In this document: positions 8,475 to 17,469 of the stretch, piece by piece | Layout of the letters: each line of letters begins with the position of its first letter | How positions within the stretch are numbered: the stretch's first letter is position 1 | Virus record (IMG/VR): IMGVR_UViG_3300033064_006579 | Coordinates: 32,001-96,000 of that record | Source of the DNA: a virus | Reading direction: 5' to 3' (one strand) | Length of the DNA: 64,000 nt | Notes under the pieces: model-generated | Seen by the model: the letters and a program-made list of their open reading frames with translations, nothing else | Databases searched by the model: none | Told to the model about the DNA's origin: nothing | Position numbers and translations under genes: made by a program

Positions 8475-11234
8475 TCAATTAACTGCCATCAACTCAGCGG
8501 CATCTTTTGCCAGTCTCTTCGCCAGTGTCGGCTGGAAGAGAGTTAATAGTTTCTTCCTGTTACCCTTATCGGCAACGTCGGAAAGGGATTTGACACCCTT
8601 GTCCCAAAGCTTTCTCGCCTTAACGGCGCCGACGCCCTTGAGTCTTACAAGCCCAGCCATCTCGGCAGGAATGCCGTAAGTTACTCTTGCCGGCAAAACC
8701 GACCAGAGAGCGTCTTGATTCCACTTGGCATACATCCCATCGATCAAAGATATCGCCTGAACTACCCTGGCAATGTCGAAGATGACACCACGCTTCATCG
8801 CCCCGAGCATCCCTTTAGTCTCTTCTCCAACGAGACAAGAATAAACGGCAAAGGCAGAGACAATAGCATCACTTGCCATTACCCCTCTGTTCTTCAGTTG
8901 CCATCTCATGTCGTCGGTTTCGAACTGAAGATCCTTCGGGACGTATCCCATGTTGTTACTCGGGATATCTCCCAGCGCCCAAGCCAAGGTGATGTCGTCA
9001 AAAGCAACTTGTTTATCTATGAGGTTATCGGTATACATATTAATCGCTTGGGCTGGCTTCTCAGCCGGCCAAATCTTACTGAAGTTCTTATACCACGCAT
9101 AAACGTCATAAGGCGAAAAATACATCCAAGCACAAACCTTGCCTAATCCAGTTACGAACGGTTTGTCGCCGCTCAATCCAATCATCTCCATTCTGAGAAG
9201 ATCGTCAAGAAGCCCCTCGGCATCTGAGGTCGCCAGCGGCATTTGATCTTGCCGATAGGACAGCGATCTTTGATACCACTTCATCAAGCTGCTGACCGAA
9301 GTGATTTCGTTGATCGCTATCTCGGCAATCACATGAAACGCTAAGGTGTGATGGTTGTTAAGGACTGAAGTGACCGGCCGTGGGTTTTTGAAGGTCTCTA
9401 TCCACTGGTTGGTAGTCATTTCCGGGATGATGAGGTAAACGTGGCCCTCGTCATCTATTCCATATCTGCCAGCCCTTCCGGACATCTGAATAATGTCCAG
9501 CTCATCAACTTCGTTAAGGCCGCGATGGACCCCAACGATAATCACGTTTCTCGCCGGGAGATTACGTCCCCAGGCCAACGTCGACGTACTTACCATAACC
9601 CTAATACCATTATCGCGATCAGCAAACTTTCCTTCAACCTCGAGTCGCTCAGAGAGGTTCAAATCGGCATTGTGAAAGACGGCATCCTTCTGGCCGATCT
9701 GATGGAGGCGTTTCACAATGTCTCTGCCAGTACCCTTATCGTGACAGAATATAAGAAATTTTTCATCTGGCTTGCTCATGGCAATATCAACCGCCGTCGA
9801 ACGTTTTTGTTCCTGACTCGCCCAGTAATCTTCCCACCCACGCTGATTGCGAACAATTGGATACTCATGATAATGCATCTGGAGCGTAACCGGTCTCCAG
9901 AGGTTGTAAATCACATTGGTCTTTTTACTATTAAGATCGCTCAGCCACTCGCCAAGCTCGCCAACATTCGGCATTGTAGCGCTCAGGAAAAGGATGCGTG
10001 CATCGCTGTTAATTTTTGTAAACCGCATGATCCCCGATTCCACCGCATGCCCTCTGCTGGTGGTCAAAATATGACTTTCATCAACGATCACTAACCCAAC
10101 CCTTTTGAGCCAATAATTTTTCTCACTGTGCATCTTCCTCGTCCTGGAATCTGCCATCTCGCTCGTCATGACGATAATCCTGCTTCGATCCAACTTCTCC
10201 TTCATTTCCTTAGACAGGCTGTAATCACCAGTCATAATGACGATCTCTTCGTTGGGAAAACGTTTCTGCCAATCATCATATTTCTCTTGAGTCAATGCTT
10301 TGAGAGGAGAAAGGTAGATCACAATTCTATCCTCTTTATAAAGCGTATGATCCATCAAAAGTTCAGCCGCAATAGTTTTGCCAGCGCTCGTTTGAGCGCC
10401 GATAACCAAGTTGGCGTCCTCTTCGTGATAGGCAAAGGTTTCTGATTGAATGGGATTGAAGAAATTAAAGGGATATTCGAACGGCCCGTAGCCCTTGGTG
10501 GCAACCAGTCCGTCAACGGATCGGGCCTCTTCGACTCTCGATACTCCAAGTTCCGTGCGCCGCTCCAACAGCACTTCATCTGTCGCGTCAACTTTCGGTT
10601 CCTCCTCACCCGTCCCATCTCCCTCTTCCACTCTTGACTCAATTTGTTTGTCGTCATTGTCGCTACCTCCCTCTAAGAATTTTTCTTTGAAGGAAGGATC
10701 TTTTTCGAGCACCTTACCTTCAAAAGTAAGTTTACCCTTCGGATTTGTTTCGCCGATTACATATTGCAATTGTTTTTCAGAAAGCGAACCGCGCTCGATC
10801 AACTGTTCGTAAAGGCTTTGAGCGAAGCCCATCCAAGAGACCGCGTCGTGATCGAGGACGCCCTTGACATATTCCATGTCGGTTACTTGCTGAAGTGTCG
10901 CCCTATCCAAAAACTCGGCGACCCTTGATTTGATTCGATTCTCAATGCTTGTCTTCTTCTCGACCCTGAGGATCTTCTTGCCCTTGCCGATGAACTTGCT
11001 ATTTTTTGTATCCCAAAAGACGACGCGGATAGCGTCATCACCCTTACCACGAGTCTCGCCAGTCCTGACGTCAACCGTACTGTAAATTCGTACGGAGATA
11101 ACTGGGTTTTCGGTGGGAATCTCGTAGACGATCTCCTTAATATTTTTCATGTTAGGGTCTTCTACGATCGCCCAATCCTCCGGCAAGATCGCCTCGAACT
11201 GATCCTTCGTCAGCGTAACGAAATTACTTGCCAT
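8475..11234 (-). CDS. Ski2-like / Hel308-type DExH helicase with ~240-aa N-terminal extension
   Basis: QTSAGKT, VDESH, LSAT, STSTLAWGRNLPA, QMSGRAGR; C-terminal HhH LKGVGAVKARKL. Confidence 0.9.
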   Translation of the reverse strand: MASNFVTLTKDQFEAILPEDWAIVEDPNMKNIKEIVYEIPTENPVISVRIYSTVDVRTGETRGKGDDAIRVVFWDTKNSKFIGKGKKILRVEKKTSIENRIKSRVAEFLDRATLQQVTDMEYVKGVLDHDAVSWMGFAQSLYEQLIERGSLSEKQLQYVIGETNPKGKLTFEGKVLEKDPSFKEKFLEGGSDNDDKQIESRVEEGDGTGEEEPKVDATDEVLLERRTELGVSRVEEARSVDGLVATKGYGPFEYPFNFFNPIQSETFAYHEEDANLVIGAQTSAGKTIAAELLMDHTLYKEDRIVIYLSPLKALTQEKYDDWQKRFPNEEIVIMTGDYSLSKEMKEKLDRSRIIVMTSEMADSRTRKMHSEKNYWLKRVGLVIVDESHILTTSRGHAVESGIMRFTKINSDARILFLSATMPNVGELGEWLSDLNSKKTNVIYNLWRPVTLQMHYHEYPIVRNQRGWEDYWASQEQKRSTAVDIAMSKPDEKFLIFCHDKGTGRDIVKRLHQIGQKDAVFHNADLNLSERLEVEGKFADRDNGIRVMVSTSTLAWGRNLPARNVIIVGVHRGLNEVDELDIIQMSGRAGRYGIDDEGHVYLIIPEMTTNQWIETFKNPRPVTSVLNNHHTLAFHVIAEIAINEITSVSSLMKWYQRSLSYRQDQMPLATSDAEGLLDDLLRMEMIGLSGDKPFVTGLGKVCAWMYFSPYDVYAWYKNFSKIWPAEKPAQAINMYTDNLIDKQVAFDDITLAWALGDIPSNNMGYVPKDLQFETDDMRWQLKNRGVMASDAIVSAFAVYSCLVGEETKGMLGAMKRGVIFDIARVVQAISLIDGMYAKWNQDALWSVLPARVTYGIPAEMAGLVRLKGVGAVKARKLWDKGVKSLSDVADKGNRKKLLTLFQPTLAKRLAKDAAELMAVN

Positions 11235-11312
11235 AATTTTACCTCCTTTTTGATGACTGCATTCTAACTTATCTACCCAACCCTCGAACGAGTCAAGGGC
11301 GGGGCCACAAGG

Positions 11313-11669
11313 TTAGCCGTCCGCACAGAGACGACACATGCCCATCGTTAAAAAGTCGATGATTGTGTCCACCATACAGCCACATCTGTCACAATGTCCG
11401 ATTGTGGAGCGCAACGCGGCCCCGCAATCCTGACAGAAATCGCCGGGTTCTCTCGTCGAGAACCCCACGCATCTTTTACAGTATCCTCGTTCGGAGTTTA
11501 TAGCCTCTGCCCCGCCCTCATGGCAGGAATCGCAGACACCATCGGTCAACCAATCTGCGGGGACGGGCCTCCCGCAGGCATCACACGGGACGGCTTGAGC
11601 CTGGCCCGCTCGTTTAGCGCGGAACTTTTCTTGCTCGCGCTCGATAACCTTTCGATCTTGATCTTTCAT
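11313..11669 (-). CDS. Cys-rich protein with six CxxC pairs
   Basis: CDAC, CDSC, CKRC, CQDC, CDRC, CRLC; RBS GGAGGG. Confidence 0.7.
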   Translation of the reverse strand: MKDQDRKVIEREQEKFRAKRAGQAQAVPCDACGRPVPADWLTDGVCDSCHEGGAEAINSERGYCKRCVGFSTREPGDFCQDCGAALRSTIGHCDRCGCMVDTIIDFLTMGMCRLCADG

Positions 11670-11752
11670 CTCTATCCCTCCTCTAATTTGATTAACTCAT
11701 TCTAACAATCATCCCTGCCCAGGCATAAAGCAAAGCGTGGGCAGAGTGAAAA

Positions 11753-12487
11753 TTAGACATCGTCATCGGCGTCGGTCTTAATTCTCCAGTTGTTGTCCAG
11801 GCAGGAGACGACGCCCTTTGCAGATTCAAGAGCTCTAAAGCTCTCGACGAAGGAATCAATGGCTTGAAGCACTTGTCTTTCAACTGTGTCTAAACGTTTC
11901 ATACCAAATAGCTCTTCATAATCTACCCAGTCCCAAGAGTTGGTCATGTTAGCAACTGCATCTCTGATTTGACTTATCCGAACCAACCTGTCGGTGAACG
12001 AGTGAAACGACTGAATCATAAAACGATAAATTGCATTGGTGGTCCCATCAGCCCACTCGGGGACTTCTTGCCAGCGCTTGTCGTGTCGCTTCTTCTCGCT
12101 GGCAGAAACCTTCTCTGTCGCCAAGCAATACCACCTTTTCTTATTGGGGTCGTGTTTGACTTTCATGAAAAAGGCTACTGTGGTAGTGGAAATACCACGG
12201 GGCCATTCTTTTTCGACAATGGGGATGTCTTCCGGATGCTCGACTAAATGATACGCCAAACTCCCCCAATAATCTCTAAGTCCCTCTTTGCCGACAAGGT
12301 AATCGGGCGAATGTTGAGTCGAGCCGTCGCCATAAGTGTCATACTGATAACAGTGCTGTCCGAGATATTGAGCAGGATTGCCATAAAAACCAGTGTGGTT
12401 AGAAAGGTCAGCGCGATCAAACGAATAGCCGATCTTGTCGCCATTCTCCCTACTCTTAAACGTAAACCTCGATCTTAGTTCTGTCAT
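11753..12487 (-). CDS. Hypothetical early protein
   Basis: 244-aa ORF with leader GAGGTAAAAATCATG. Confidence 0.75.
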   Translation of the reverse strand: MTELRSRFTFKSRENGDKIGYSFDRADLSNHTGFYGNPAQYLGQHCYQYDTYGDGSTQHSPDYLVGKEGLRDYWGSLAYHLVEHPEDIPIVEKEWPRGISTTTVAFFMKVKHDPNKKRWYCLATEKVSASEKKRHDKRWQEVPEWADGTTNAIYRFMIQSFHSFTDRLVRISQIRDAVANMTNSWDWVDYEELFGMKRLDTVERQVLQAIDSFVESFRALESAKGVVSCLDNNWRIKTDADDDV

Positions 12488-12514
12488 GATTTTTACCTCT
12501 CTTTATTTGTTTGC

Positions 12515-12721
12515 TTATTCAACGCCAAGCTTCTCGGCAATTTCCCTGCATTCCCAGCAAGCCTCGGCCCACAAATTATTTTCCTGGCCTTCTTTATTCA
12601 TTTTAATTTGATGAGCTCTTGTTTCACGAAATGCTGCCATACCACCTATGCCCATTTCCGTCAGGTGTCTCTGCTGTGTTTTGTTCAAAACTCTTCTTGC
12701 TAATTTGGTTCTGATTGCCAT
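12515..12721 (-). CDS. Hypothetical early protein
   Basis: RBS GGAGGT. Confidence 0.7.
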   Translation of the reverse strand: MAIRTKLARRVLNKTQQRHLTEMGIGGMAAFRETRAHQIKMNKEGQENNLWAEACWECREIAEKLGVE

Positions 12722-12833
12722 AATCTTTTACCTCCCTTTATTTTATTTGTTTTTGCCAGCGCTTCCATTATTGCCCCTCACTCTATACAAAAAGTGAGGG
12801 GCAATCCCAAGAGCACCCGCCATTATTTTATTT

Positions 12834-13010
12834 TTATTTTTCTTTTTCTTTTTCGTTTATCGATCCATAATTTTTCTCCTTTCGAAAAATGTGCTTCTCA
12901 AGAGCATTTCGAATCTCTCCCGAGAAGCTCCGGTTATTGGCAAGTGCATCCGCTTTGAGCTGCTTAATTAGATTAACTGGCAGCGTTACGGATACGTTTT
13001 TACGCACCAT
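12834..13010 (-). CDS. Ribbon-helix-helix (Arc/CopG-like) DNA-binding protein
   Basis: Not in track. MVRKNVSVTLPVNLIKQLKADALANNRSFSGEIRNALEKH fits the RHH pattern; RBS GGAGGG. Confidence 0.75.
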   Translation of the reverse strand: MVRKNVSVTLPVNLIKQLKADALANNRSFSGEIRNALEKHIFRKEKNYGSINEKEKEK

Positions 13011-13366
13011 TATTTATCCCCTCCTTTCTCTATCAAATCTGTTTGCGAGATGTGGAATACAGTGGTCGTTTTAGGTCGACGACCAGTCTTTGTTTCTTTC
13101 TCCCCGGTCTCGGTGTTCTCGACTTCTTTCTTTATTGACGTGGATATCGATATCCACGTCAATATCTTCACCCCGTGCTCGCCCTTACGAACCTGCCTTC
13201 CCAATGCTCTCCAGGCGTTATACGTGAAGACATTGACTCTCGGTTCGATATCATCCTCGGCAATTCCTTTCTCGGCAAACCCGTTGAAAATTGCCGGGTA
13301 ATTAACCATCGATTCGTGGCCGGTCGCATTAGCGAGTGCCTCTTTTTCGATCTCTTGTTTCGTCAT
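13010..13366 (-). CDS. ArdC-like N-terminal ssDNA-binding / antirestriction domain protein
   Basis: FTYNAWRALGRQVRKGEHG...VFHISQT is characteristic of ArdC-N. Confidence 0.8.
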   Translation of the reverse strand: MTKQEIEKEALANATGHESMVNYPAIFNGFAEKGIAEDDIEPRVNVFTYNAWRALGRQVRKGEHGVKILTWISISTSIKKEVENTETGEKETKTGRRPKTTTVFHISQTDLIEKGGDK

Positions 13367-13425
13367 GATTTTACCTCCAATTAAAAAATTTATATCAATC
13401 TGCTATTAACAAAAAACCTCTTCTT

Positions 13426-13608
13426 TTAATCCTTCCAGTATTTTCGCCTCCTTATTTTTGTTTTCTCGCCGAAGATCTTCTCGGCATGAGCCCTCGCAAA
13501 CTCGCAGACGAGATCATCTCTTTTGTAATCAATTCTTACCTTCTCAATCGATCCGAGCTTGACTACTTTGTCTCTGATAAAGGATTTTTGACTTGGTTTA
13601 AGTGCCAT
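13426..13608 (-). CDS. Small basic hypothetical protein
   Basis: RBS GAGGAGGG. Confidence 0.6.
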   Translation of the reverse strand: MALKPSQKSFIRDKVVKLGSIEKVRIDYKRDDLVCEFARAHAEKIFGEKTKIRRRKYWKD

Positions 13609-13687
13609 TTCTCCCTCCTCTATATAATATTGATTACTTTTAAAATAAAACCTCGTCAGCTGGCGATTAGAGCAGTCAGAATCGGTT

Positions 13688-13912
13688 TTAAAGATAATCC
13701 CTGGAGTCCATCTTGGTCATTTGGTTCTCGACATTCTGAATCAAGAAAACCATTGATCCATAGGCTATAATCTCAGCCGTGGCGAAGAACTCTGATTCTG
13801 TAAACGGAGTCAGAACTAGATATTTGTCTGTCTCGTTTACGAAAAAAATCATCCCGGTTGGAATAGCCAACATCTCGACCAGTGCGTCTTTACAACCATC
13901 GAAATTTGTCAT
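13688..13912 (-). CDS. Hypothetical early protein
   Basis: Leader GGGAGGTAAAAATCATG. Confidence 0.65.
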   Translation of the reverse strand: MTNFDGCKDALVEMLAIPTGMIFFVNETDKYLVLTPFTESEFFATAEIIAYGSMVFLIQNVENQMTKMDSRDYL

Positions 13913-13943
13913 GATTTTTACCTCCCTTTTTTAGTTTTTACTT
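13906..13943 (-). repeat. 38-bp translation-initiation leader, copy 1 (copy 2 at 15205-15242)
   Basis: AAGTAAAAACTAAAAAAGGGAGGTAA(A/G)AATCATGACAA; one mismatch between copies. Confidence 0.85.
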
Positions 13944-14019
13944 CAAGCTCCAAGTAGGGCCACGAACCAGTGGGGTAGCTCATGACCGAACTAAAAATCT
14001 GAAGTGAAAAGGTTGACAA

Positions 14020-14865
14020 TTAACTGACAAGATCAACAAGTGCTTTCGCTGATGCGACATCGAATTTCTTGTTGATGCCCGTCGTTTGGAATTCCTCGCA
14101 ACTATAAGTAGTAAACCAAACATTGCCCGCCATAAACTTTATCGAAGAGCCTTCAGAATAGCTATTTCGACCAGTTTTGTACACAACTGTTTCCAGGTTC
14201 GTAGCTTTGGGAAAAGTTGCTTTGATCTTGTCGGCGAGGCTGGCCTTCGCATCCACCTTCGCTTTACGGCGGCTTCTATTGTCCTGAATCATCTTCAGAA
14301 GTTCGTTGCACTTCTTGTGGAGGTGAACAGCAACGTTCTTGGCGCCGAAATCCCTCTGGAGTCTATCGGCATTGACTTCAAAATCAGGAGTATAAATACG
14401 AAGAGCATATTTACTTGCTCGATAGCTCTTTGTGTAAAAAGATTCCCTACTAATTTTGGCATAATCATCGCCATCAACCCTTTTGATAAAAGAATTGTCT
14501 TGTCCCCAATCGCCAAACTCAGAGAACAAAGTGTAAATTTCTTTCCCGGCTTCCGTATTCAAGGCACCGACCAGTCCTTGCCATTTAATTTCCGTGATAA
14601 TCTGCGCCTGTTTCCTTACTGCCTCGAGTTTTTCTTCTTTAAGGCATCTGGCACAAATTTTCCTGTCGTCAATTTCTTCACTAATTTGCTTGTGACAGGA
14701 TTCGCATTCGATAACCGCCATTACCCTGTTGAACTCGGATGCGTAAATCTTACCTTGATCCACGTCTTCCATCGTTTGCAACAAGTTCTTGATTGCCTCT
14801 GTTGATCCAGCCTTTTCAGCCTCTTCCTTTACCATTTTGATAAAAACTAATTCTTTTTCAGCCAT
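14020..14865 (-). CDS. Hypothetical early protein with CxxC...CxxC
   Basis: ATG 14865 with RBS GGAGGT; CESC...CARC; lies immediately downstream of the hammerhead. Confidence 0.75.
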   Translation of the reverse strand: MAEKELVFIKMVKEEAEKAGSTEAIKNLLQTMEDVDQGKIYASEFNRVMAVIECESCHKQISEEIDDRKICARCLKEEKLEAVRKQAQIITEIKWQGLVGALNTEAGKEIYTLFSEFGDWGQDNSFIKRVDGDDYAKISRESFYTKSYRASKYALRIYTPDFEVNADRLQRDFGAKNVAVHLHKKCNELLKMIQDNRSRRKAKVDAKASLADKIKATFPKATNLETVVYKTGRNSYSEGSSIKFMAGNVWFTTYSCEEFQTTGINKKFDVASAKALVDLVS

Positions 14866-14887
14866 TATTTTTACCTCCAATTTTATT

Positions 14888-14951
14888 TAGCCTGTCTCAT
14901 CAGACAGGGTAGGCTATATCCCTATGACCCGCCGGAGCGGGTTTCGACAAA
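14888..14951 (-). ncRNA. Type II hammerhead ribozyme
   Basis: Minus strand UGUC-GAAA-CCCGC(UCCG)GCGGG-UC/AUAGGG(AUAUAGCCUA)CCCUGU-CUGAUGA-GACA: complete core, GUC cleavage triplet, all three stems. Confidence 0.9.
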
Positions 14952-14956
14952 CATTG

Positions 14957-15211
14957 TTAAAAATCGTGCGCCAGCCTTCTTGGCTCAATCCAGCCCTCCC
15001 GAGTTCTCTCGACTTCTCCATAACCAGAGAACACTTCCAGATCGCTCCCCGAAATCTTTTCGTAAACAGCTACTGTCACTCTCTCGCCAGGTTCCAGATA
15101 TTTTGCCACTGCTCGGTAGGATCGAAAATCCCGACTTTCGATCCTTTTAATATCAATAACTCGGGTTGTTGACATAACAACGATCCTAATCCTTTTTGCC
15201 AATCTTGTCAT
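14957..15211 (-). CDS. Hypothetical early protein
   Basis: Leader GGGAGGTAAGAATCATG. Confidence 0.65.
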   Translation of the reverse strand: MTRLAKRIRIVVMSTTRVIDIKRIESRDFRSYRAVAKYLEPGERVTVAVYEKISGSDLEVFSGYGEVERTREGWIEPRRLAHDF

Positions 15212-15677
15212 GATTCTTACCTCCCTTTTTTAGTTTTTACTTTGATTTTGCACTCCCGGCTGATCACTCTCAAACTCGGCTCACGAAATTGAGTATGACA
15301 ATAATCAGCTTTGCAGAACAAAATCTACAATCTCCTATCATCGGCATCTCTGGTTTGCGGGGACAGGTTCGCGTGGAGTAGGGTAAGAAACTATATTTTA
15401 TGTCTTAATTTCCCGTCGGCTTGCATGAGAAAATCGCTCATCGCCGGAAGCTACTATATATAGTTTCGGGTGAATCACAGAATTCGCTTTGATACTGTCG
15501 ACTTTCTTGCCCGTCAAACTCCGGCATTTAAAATAACCGGCATTTGCCATAAAGAGTTGATTTTTAACTTAAAAACCTAAAATTGCTATTCACATCCCCT
15601 GGAATAGTCAGGTTCGGTTCTTTCACACCGAAAAATCACTGTAAGTCATTGTTTATACTTTTGTTTTCCCTATTTCT

Positions 15678-15915
15678 GAGAGGGAGGAGCTTAATCTGCC
15701 CCTACAGGTCTGAACCGCCCGCCTGCACGTGGGTGGGTTTCTACTTGATATTCCGGCTTCCCAGACCGGTCGCCCCAGCTGTGCTTATTATGGTGGGGTC
15801 GTTTGAGCTTTGCCTTTAGCTCTCTTTACTCTGGTTCCGGGGGCCGGTAGTATCCTTTCGGCAGAGTTTTTATTTTTTTGGAGGGGTTTAAGCTCTTTGG
15901 CCGCCCCCTCTCTGA
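15678..15915. ncRNA. Multi-hairpin non-coding segment in the early leader region
   Basis: GAGCTTAA (15687)/TTAAGCTC (15888), TCTGCC/GGCAGA, GGTCTG/CAGACC and further nested hairpins; no minus-strand ORF. Confidence 0.35.
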
Positions 15916-15962
15916 TCCTCTCTTTTCTCACCCCCCCTCCCTTATTAACTATTAAATTTTAA

Positions 15963-15994
15963 TCCTATTTTAATGGTTTTTAATAGGAAGTAAA
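15963..15994 (-). promoter_or_regulatory. Candidate early promoter overlapped by a palindromic operator
   Basis: TTTACT-16-TAAAAT on the minus strand; TCCTATT...AATAGGA inverted repeat 15963-15988. Confidence 0.4.
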
Positions 15995-16073
15995 GCCCGA
16001 TATAGAGTGATTAAACCCGATGAGAGGCGATTACGGGAAAATCGAATACCCATAAATTCTTTATTTTTTGACT

Positions 16074-16086
16074 TAAGTTATTGATT
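16074..16086 (-). promoter_or_regulatory. IHF consensus site
   Basis: AATCAATAACTTA matches WATCAANNNNTTR; near-match at 15641-15653. Confidence 0.4.
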
Positions 16087-16202
16087 ATACTAAAGAAATG
16101 AGAAATAGGGAGGAAATTCCAAAAACTTTTTTCGTAGATATACTAAAAAATTTAAAGAAATGCTTTCGTTTCCAATAAAACAAGGATTTTTCTTAATTTT
16201 TT

Positions 16203-16706
16203 TTATATCACCCCACGAGATTTCAGTATTTTTTCGACAGACGCCCCTGTCACGTAGGCCAGAGGTATCGCAACTATCAACACGACGAGAATTGTCACGA
16301 GCCACATCCCCTGAATTCCGAGTTTATTGTCAATGAGTGCCTTTATAACATCATCTGTCAAAACAATGCCTACAATCCTTTTTGTCTGCCACGCCGCGAA
16401 TCCTACAATCACCCAACGAATGGAGGCGCGACCAAGAAGAATAACTCTGCCAACAAGAAAATCCTTCAGGGCCTCAGCCGATCCGAACATTTTGATTTGA
16501 TAATCTCGCTGCGCCTGCGACTCTCGAAATATTAATTCCAGCTCAGCAAGCTCCCCGGACTGATCAAGTTGTTTGACAGCGAATTTCATCTGCTCAATAA
16601 ATTGTGCCTTGGTGAATTCCAGCGTCTCTTTCTCGCTCTTATCCATCCAAAATTTATCGGCAATTTTTGTTCCTGCTTTTATAACAGCATCTATAATGGG
16701 TATCAT
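16203..16706 (-). CDS. Putative holin
   Basis: N-terminus MIPIIDAVIKAGTKIADKFW, hydrophobic C-terminal helices, basic tail; last gene of the late operon. Confidence 0.6.
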   Translation of the reverse strand: MIPIIDAVIKAGTKIADKFWMDKSEKETLEFTKAQFIEQMKFAVKQLDQSGELAELELIFRESQAQRDYQIKMFGSAEALKDFLVGRVILLGRASIRWVIVGFAAWQTKRIVGIVLTDDVIKALIDNKLGIQGMWLVTILVVLIVAIPLAYVTGASVEKILKSRGVI

Positions 16707-16894
16707 TTTTGCACCCTCCTCTTCGATCGGCAATTAATGATCCGTAAAACGATAGGCCAAAGTACCCGCTCGTAAAGAACGCCTACTCTCCTGGCGATTT
16801 GACGGCTTAAACCACAGTCTACGAGCCTGCAATAGACGTGTAATGGATTGAGTCGATGAGCAATATATCCTTTTATGTCCCGCCATAGCTCCAT
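16703..16894 (-). CDS. Small hypothetical protein
   Basis: Overlap-coupled to neighbours. Confidence 0.5.
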   Translation of the reverse strand: MELWRDIKGYIAHRLNPLHVYCRLVDCGLSRQIARRVGVLYERVLWPIVLRIINCRSKRRVQK

Positions 16895-17469
16895 TTTTTA
16901 GTCAGATTAAATCCAGCGATTGGCTCGTTTTTATCCAAACACTTTGACGCCTTGAGCATGGCAGATGTGATACTTCCATTATCCAAAACATAGAAATCCC
17001 TGTCTTTGAGGTTGATATACAGACAGGCAAAGGCGTGGCCACTGACGATTACAATCCCGATATGATCGTTAGAAATCCCTTCTTTTCTCAGAAGCGCGTA
17101 TTTCAAAATTGCCTGCCCCTCACAATCTGCCCTCCCTCGATCAAGGGTTTCCCTTGAGGTTTCCCAGTAATCCCTTTCACCCCAGCCGATAATGTCGGGC
17201 TCGTATCTTATCTCAAGATTCACGTGGCGATTAATCCTGCGAGCGATTTCTATCATTTTGTTTTTCGATATCTTTTTTACCGAATAGATATTTGTCGAAG
17301 TTTTACCCTTCTCTCTTTTAATCCAGTCATCGATCTTGGCATGGTAATCACCGGCATAAGTGTTTGAAAAACGCCTTGGATTAATCTCGACCTTCTTCCT
17401 GAAAAGGGCGAAAATTGTGTCTTTAATTTCTTTGAGTATGAGGATTAAATATTTCATCTTTTCGCTCAT
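16873..17469 (-). CDS. Transglutaminase-like cysteine peptidase (BTLCP/C93, LapG-like)
   Basis: DYWETSRETLDRGRADCEGQAILKY...GHAF...YVLDN (Cys-His-Asp). Confidence 0.8.
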   Translation of the reverse strand: MSEKMKYLILILKEIKDTIFALFRKKVEINPRRFSNTYAGDYHAKIDDWIKREKGKTSTNIYSVKKISKNKMIEIARRINRHVNLEIRYEPDIIGWGERDYWETSRETLDRGRADCEGQAILKYALLRKEGISNDHIGIVIVSGHAFACLYINLKDRDFYVLDNGSITSAMLKASKCLDKNEPIAGFNLTKKWSYGGT

